DNA of 64,000 bases. Source: Neoconidiobolus thromboides FSU 785. Its lineage: Eukaryota > Fungi > Entomophthoromycota. Below, piece by piece: positions 60,264 to 64,000 of this stretch. The stretch lies in assembly GCA_025603075.1 (NCBI GenBank), contig MU626258.1, positions 349,828-413,827 on the forward strand. The letters are read 5' to 3'. Each line of letters begins with the position of its first letter. Positions within the stretch are counted from its first letter, which is position 1. The translations under genes were made by a program, and so were the position numbers. A model generated the notes under the pieces. That model did not search any database. It worked only from the letters and a program-made list of their open reading frames with translations, and was not told the origin of the DNA.

Positions 60264-62581
60264 TTAATGATGAAAGAGTCTAAGATCAGTATGAGCAACT
60301 ACCATATTATAATTATTAGCAGTTGAAATGATATCATCATCACGAATTGAACCAGAAGGAGAAACAACATATTTGACCCCAGATTGTTTAGCACGATGAA
60401 TATTATCAGCAAATGGGAAAAATGCATCGGAAGATACCACTACCTCATTAAGTAATTGTTGATGAGCAATACGTTCTTCTTTAGTTAAAGGTTCTGGAAT
60501 TACTTCAAATACAGATTCCCAAGCAAGACGTTCTTCACCTTCACCAATTTGATCAATTACATAAAGATCAATAGCATTTGATTTTTCAGCTCGTTTAGTT
60601 TCCTTAATTAAAGAATAAAGAATATTAATCAATATGTATGTATTGTTTAGAATATTTTTTTACTTTTTTAAATTTAAAATTTAAAACTTTTGGATGATGA
60701 CGAGTCCACCAATTATCAACTTTATCTCCAGCTAATCGAGTACAATGAATACGTGATTGTTGTCCTGCACCAAGTCCAACAACCATCCCATTTTTAGCAT
60801 AACAAACTGAATTAGATTGAATATATTTAGCAGTAATAGTAGCTACTAACATATCAATAACAGCTTGCTCAGGGATCTAAAAATAACATAAAAGTATTGT
60901 TAAATACTCAAAAATCTAATTGATAAAATATTAAAACTTACTTCTTTATTTTGAGTAACAATATTATTAAATAAATCTTTAGTAATTAATTTATCATTTC
61001 TTTGTTGTTGAAGATATAACCCATAAACTTGTCGAGTTTCAATTGAAGATGGTTCATAGTTTGGATCCATTTCAAGTACTGTATATTTACCACCTTTCTT
61101 TTTAGCTAATATTTCTAACGCTTCTGAAGAATAACCAGGGGCAATGATACCATCTGATACCTAAATTAAATTAATATTAAATTAGTTATTAAAATAAAAT
61201 CTTATTATTGTTACTTCTCTAGATATAATTTTAGCTGTTTCTACATCACAAGGGTGAGATAAAGCTACCCAATCACCAAAAGAAGACATACGATCAGCTC
61301 CACGAGCACGTGCATAAGCACAAGCTAAAGGTGACAATTTTAAATCCTCTACCATATAAACAATACGTTCTTCATCTGATAATGGTAAACCAACAGCAGC
61401 ACCAGCTGGTGATACATGTTTAAAAGAAGCAGCAGCTGGTAAATTTAATGATTTTGATAAGTCCTATTATATAAATTAATATTAGTGTCATAATAAAAAT
61501 GCAAAATTAATTAATTAGACTATAAATATTACTTTAACTAAGGGCCAAGAATTAAGTGCATCTAATAAGTTAATATAACCTGGTGAACCACTTAAAACTA
61601 AATGAAAGAAAGATTATATTATATTATATATTATATTATATTATATATTATATTATATTATATTATATTACCTTTGATAGGTAAACTACCCTCTTTGACA
61701 AAAACTTGAGCTGGTTTTTGATGAGGATTAGCACCATAACGTAAATTCATTTGAGAATTAATTGAAGGTCCATAAAGTTTACGAAAGTAATCGGAAATAG
61801 CTTCATCATAATCAGCTGTATGATTAAAGGCTTTTAAAGCCAATGTTTTTTTAAATTCATTGAGTTTCTCATTATCTTTGCAATCTAATAATGTAATAAA
61901 TGATGCATAATCTTTTGGATCACATAGGATAGAAACTCGAGAATGGTTTTTGGCTGCTGCTCTTAATAAAGTAACACCACCTAAAAAAATCACTTATTAA
62001 AATTATCAATATCATAATAAAAATTATACCAATATCTATTTCTTCAACTGCTTGTTCAATAGTAACATCTGGCTTAGAAATAGTCTCTTTAAATGGATAA
62101 AGATTACAAGCCACGATATCAATTTTATCAATCTGCTGTTCAGCAAGATCTTTAAGATCGGATGGGATATCTCTAGCTAGAATACCTATTTTATTTTATT
62201 TTATTAAACTACATTCAATATACTAAATAAAATTTTTACCTCCATGGACAGCTGGGTGAAGGGTTTTAACTCGTCCACCTAACATTTCAGGTGCTTTAGT
62301 AATCGAAGATACATCTCTAAAATGGTTTTCATCTTAATCAATTTATTCATCATCGTGTATGAACTTACTCAACTGGAATATTAGCTTCTTTCAACATTTT
62401 AGAAGTACCACCTGAAGCTAAAATGCGATAATTACGTTTTGAAAGTTCCGAAGCAAATGGAATTAAACCATCTTTGTTATAAACAGAGAGTAAAGCTAGA
62501 ATAAGTAATCAATAATTAATAACTCATTATTTATTATATGTTAATTTAAAACTCACCAATTGGCTGAGAGTTGGATGTCAT
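60264..62581 (-). CDS. ADE17: Bifunctional AICAR transformylase/IMP cyclohydrolase (PurH/ATIC), multi-exon
   Basis: It contains [84 protein letters not shown] and SDAFFPF, and ends DLRLFHH*. Confidence 0.96.
61613..61670. repeat. (ATTAT)n microsatellite filling most of one PurH intron
   Basis: About eleven units starting at the minus-strand donor GTAATATAAT. Confidence 0.9.
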
Positions 62582-63586
62582 TTTTTACAATTATAATAAA
62601 CGTTAGCTTAAATTTATTAACAAATTTCAATTGTAATTTTAGTTGACTAGTCTTTAAATAATTCACTTGATTCGAATAGCTATATTTAGTAATAATTGGA
62701 AACGAATAATCAGTTTTATGCAAATACTATTCTTAGAAAAAATCCCATAATAATGGTATTATTATAGCAAGGTTTTTTAGATATTGATCAGTTAGTATAA
62801 TATACACAAATAGGATAAAAAGTTTTAGAATACATTTGTATATTTAATGTAATAGTTTTGGAGTTTAATTTAATTTTTAAATAGATGTATTGTTTAAATA
62901 AAACTTTTAAATTGATTTTTTTTAAACATGTTGATATAAAATAAATAATTATAAAGATTTTAAAATATAAAAGTTTTAAATTAGTTGAAATTTACTTAAA
63001 TTAGATTTTTTATTTAACTTGGAAAACTTATTTTACTGTTCTATTTTTTTAAAATAATTAGTTTCTTTTAATTATACATTTTACATTATTTTTATTAAAT
63101 GTTTAATAAATATATAGTATATAGATATATAGTTATCTGGCTTTACTTTCTATCAAAATAAAAACAAAATGCAAGCTTTTATCAAATTTCAAAACAAAAA
63201 TTTTAAAAATTTTAATATAAGGAAAAACATATATAAGCATTATAATTCATTTATATTAATGTTAGTAAATATTCATAATAACTTAGAGTTTATGAAATTT
63301 TATAATAAAATAGTGTATATATTATTAAAATTTATTATCGATAATCATAAACTTAATTAAATAATATATAAAATTAATAGTTGAAAAAAACAGGAAACAA
63401 AAATTAATGAATAGTATCACTATCAATTATAACTTTAGTATACTTTTTTGATAAGTACAAAAGTTTTTAACATAAATATAAATTAACGTAATTATTTAAA
63501 AGCAATTAGTAGTAATAAAACGCTAATATTATAACTTATTACTAAAAAGAATATAAAATATAAAAATAACCAAATAAAAATTATTA

Positions 63587-63690
63587 CATGGGGATGTATT
63601 TCTGTGTTTAAGAACTTTACTAACAAATTTTCTACTCAAATAACGCTTAAAAGATAGAAAAAATAATGAAGCCAAAAAAACACCCCCACA
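63587..63690 (-). mobile_element. MITE-like copy 21
   Basis: Reads CATGGGGATGTATTTC...AAAACACCCCCACA. Confidence 0.85.
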
Positions 63691-63762
63691 TAATATTTAA
63701 TAATTTACTATTTTATTAAGATTCAATAATAGTAATAACAAATATTTATCAGATAGTATATA

Positions 63763-63789
<27 letters not shown>

Positions 63790-63794
<5 letters not shown>

Positions 63795-63894
63795 GGACGT
63801 ATTTTTTTTGCTTGAGAGTTCTATTAGTAGTCTTTCCACTCAAATAGTGCTTGAAAAATATAAAAAGTGATGAAGCCAGAAAAACATCCTCAAA
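63790..63894 (-). mobile_element. MITE-like copy 22
   Basis: Contains TTTCCACTCAAATAGTGCTTGAAAAA...AAAAACATCCTCA and is preceded by an (AAAT)n tract. Confidence 0.8.
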
Positions 63895-64000
63895 CATTTT
63901 AGCAATTTATAACTGCGAAATGTCGCTTTGTCAGATCTATGATTGATTGTAACATAACATCACTTAAGTTGTTGTGTTCTTGAGTTTAGACACAATCAAT

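Noticed and set aside
12111-63894. RIP as the cause of repeat decay
   Set aside because: The hypervariable positions are CpG changing to both TG and CA, not CpA/TpG to TpA.

Overview
This is a 64-kb window of a very AT-rich, intron-dense eukaryotic genome with short (~45-70 nt) GT-AG introns. The gene content is fungal and the overall style suggests an early-diverging fungus (inference only). About 21 protein-coding genes are supported: two intact DGAT2 acyltransferases plus a third, apparently catalytically dead DGAT2-like paralog, a small Tim, HRP1-like, SEC63, SPB1, a secreted internal-repeat protein, an orphan ORF, an RCC1-like protein, a group III G-alpha, a putative WRKY/GCM1-type Zn-finger transcription factor, an ERp38-type PDI, YJU2, a GDA1/CD39 NTPDase, a HERP-like UBL protein, a SMARCC/RSC8 subunit, an F-box protein, RPB3, a KIC1/NAK1-like kinase and ADE16/17 (PurH). 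Intergenic DNA carries 22 copies of one ~104-bp TIR element (MITE-like, TA-flanked) with a CpG-decay fingerprint. It also holds a ~1.1-kb foldback with a perfect 92-bp inverted tract, two decayed LINE fragments and one GC-rich candidate box C/D snoRNA. The most interesting signals are the DGAT2 pseudo-enzyme fused to a long acidic N-terminal domain, the MITE/foldback nest at 12-15 kb, the snoRNA candidate and a Tyr-Asn repeat tail on Rpb3. All exon boundaries, alignments and counts were read by eye, no searches were run, and protein and rRNA motif comparisons are from memory.
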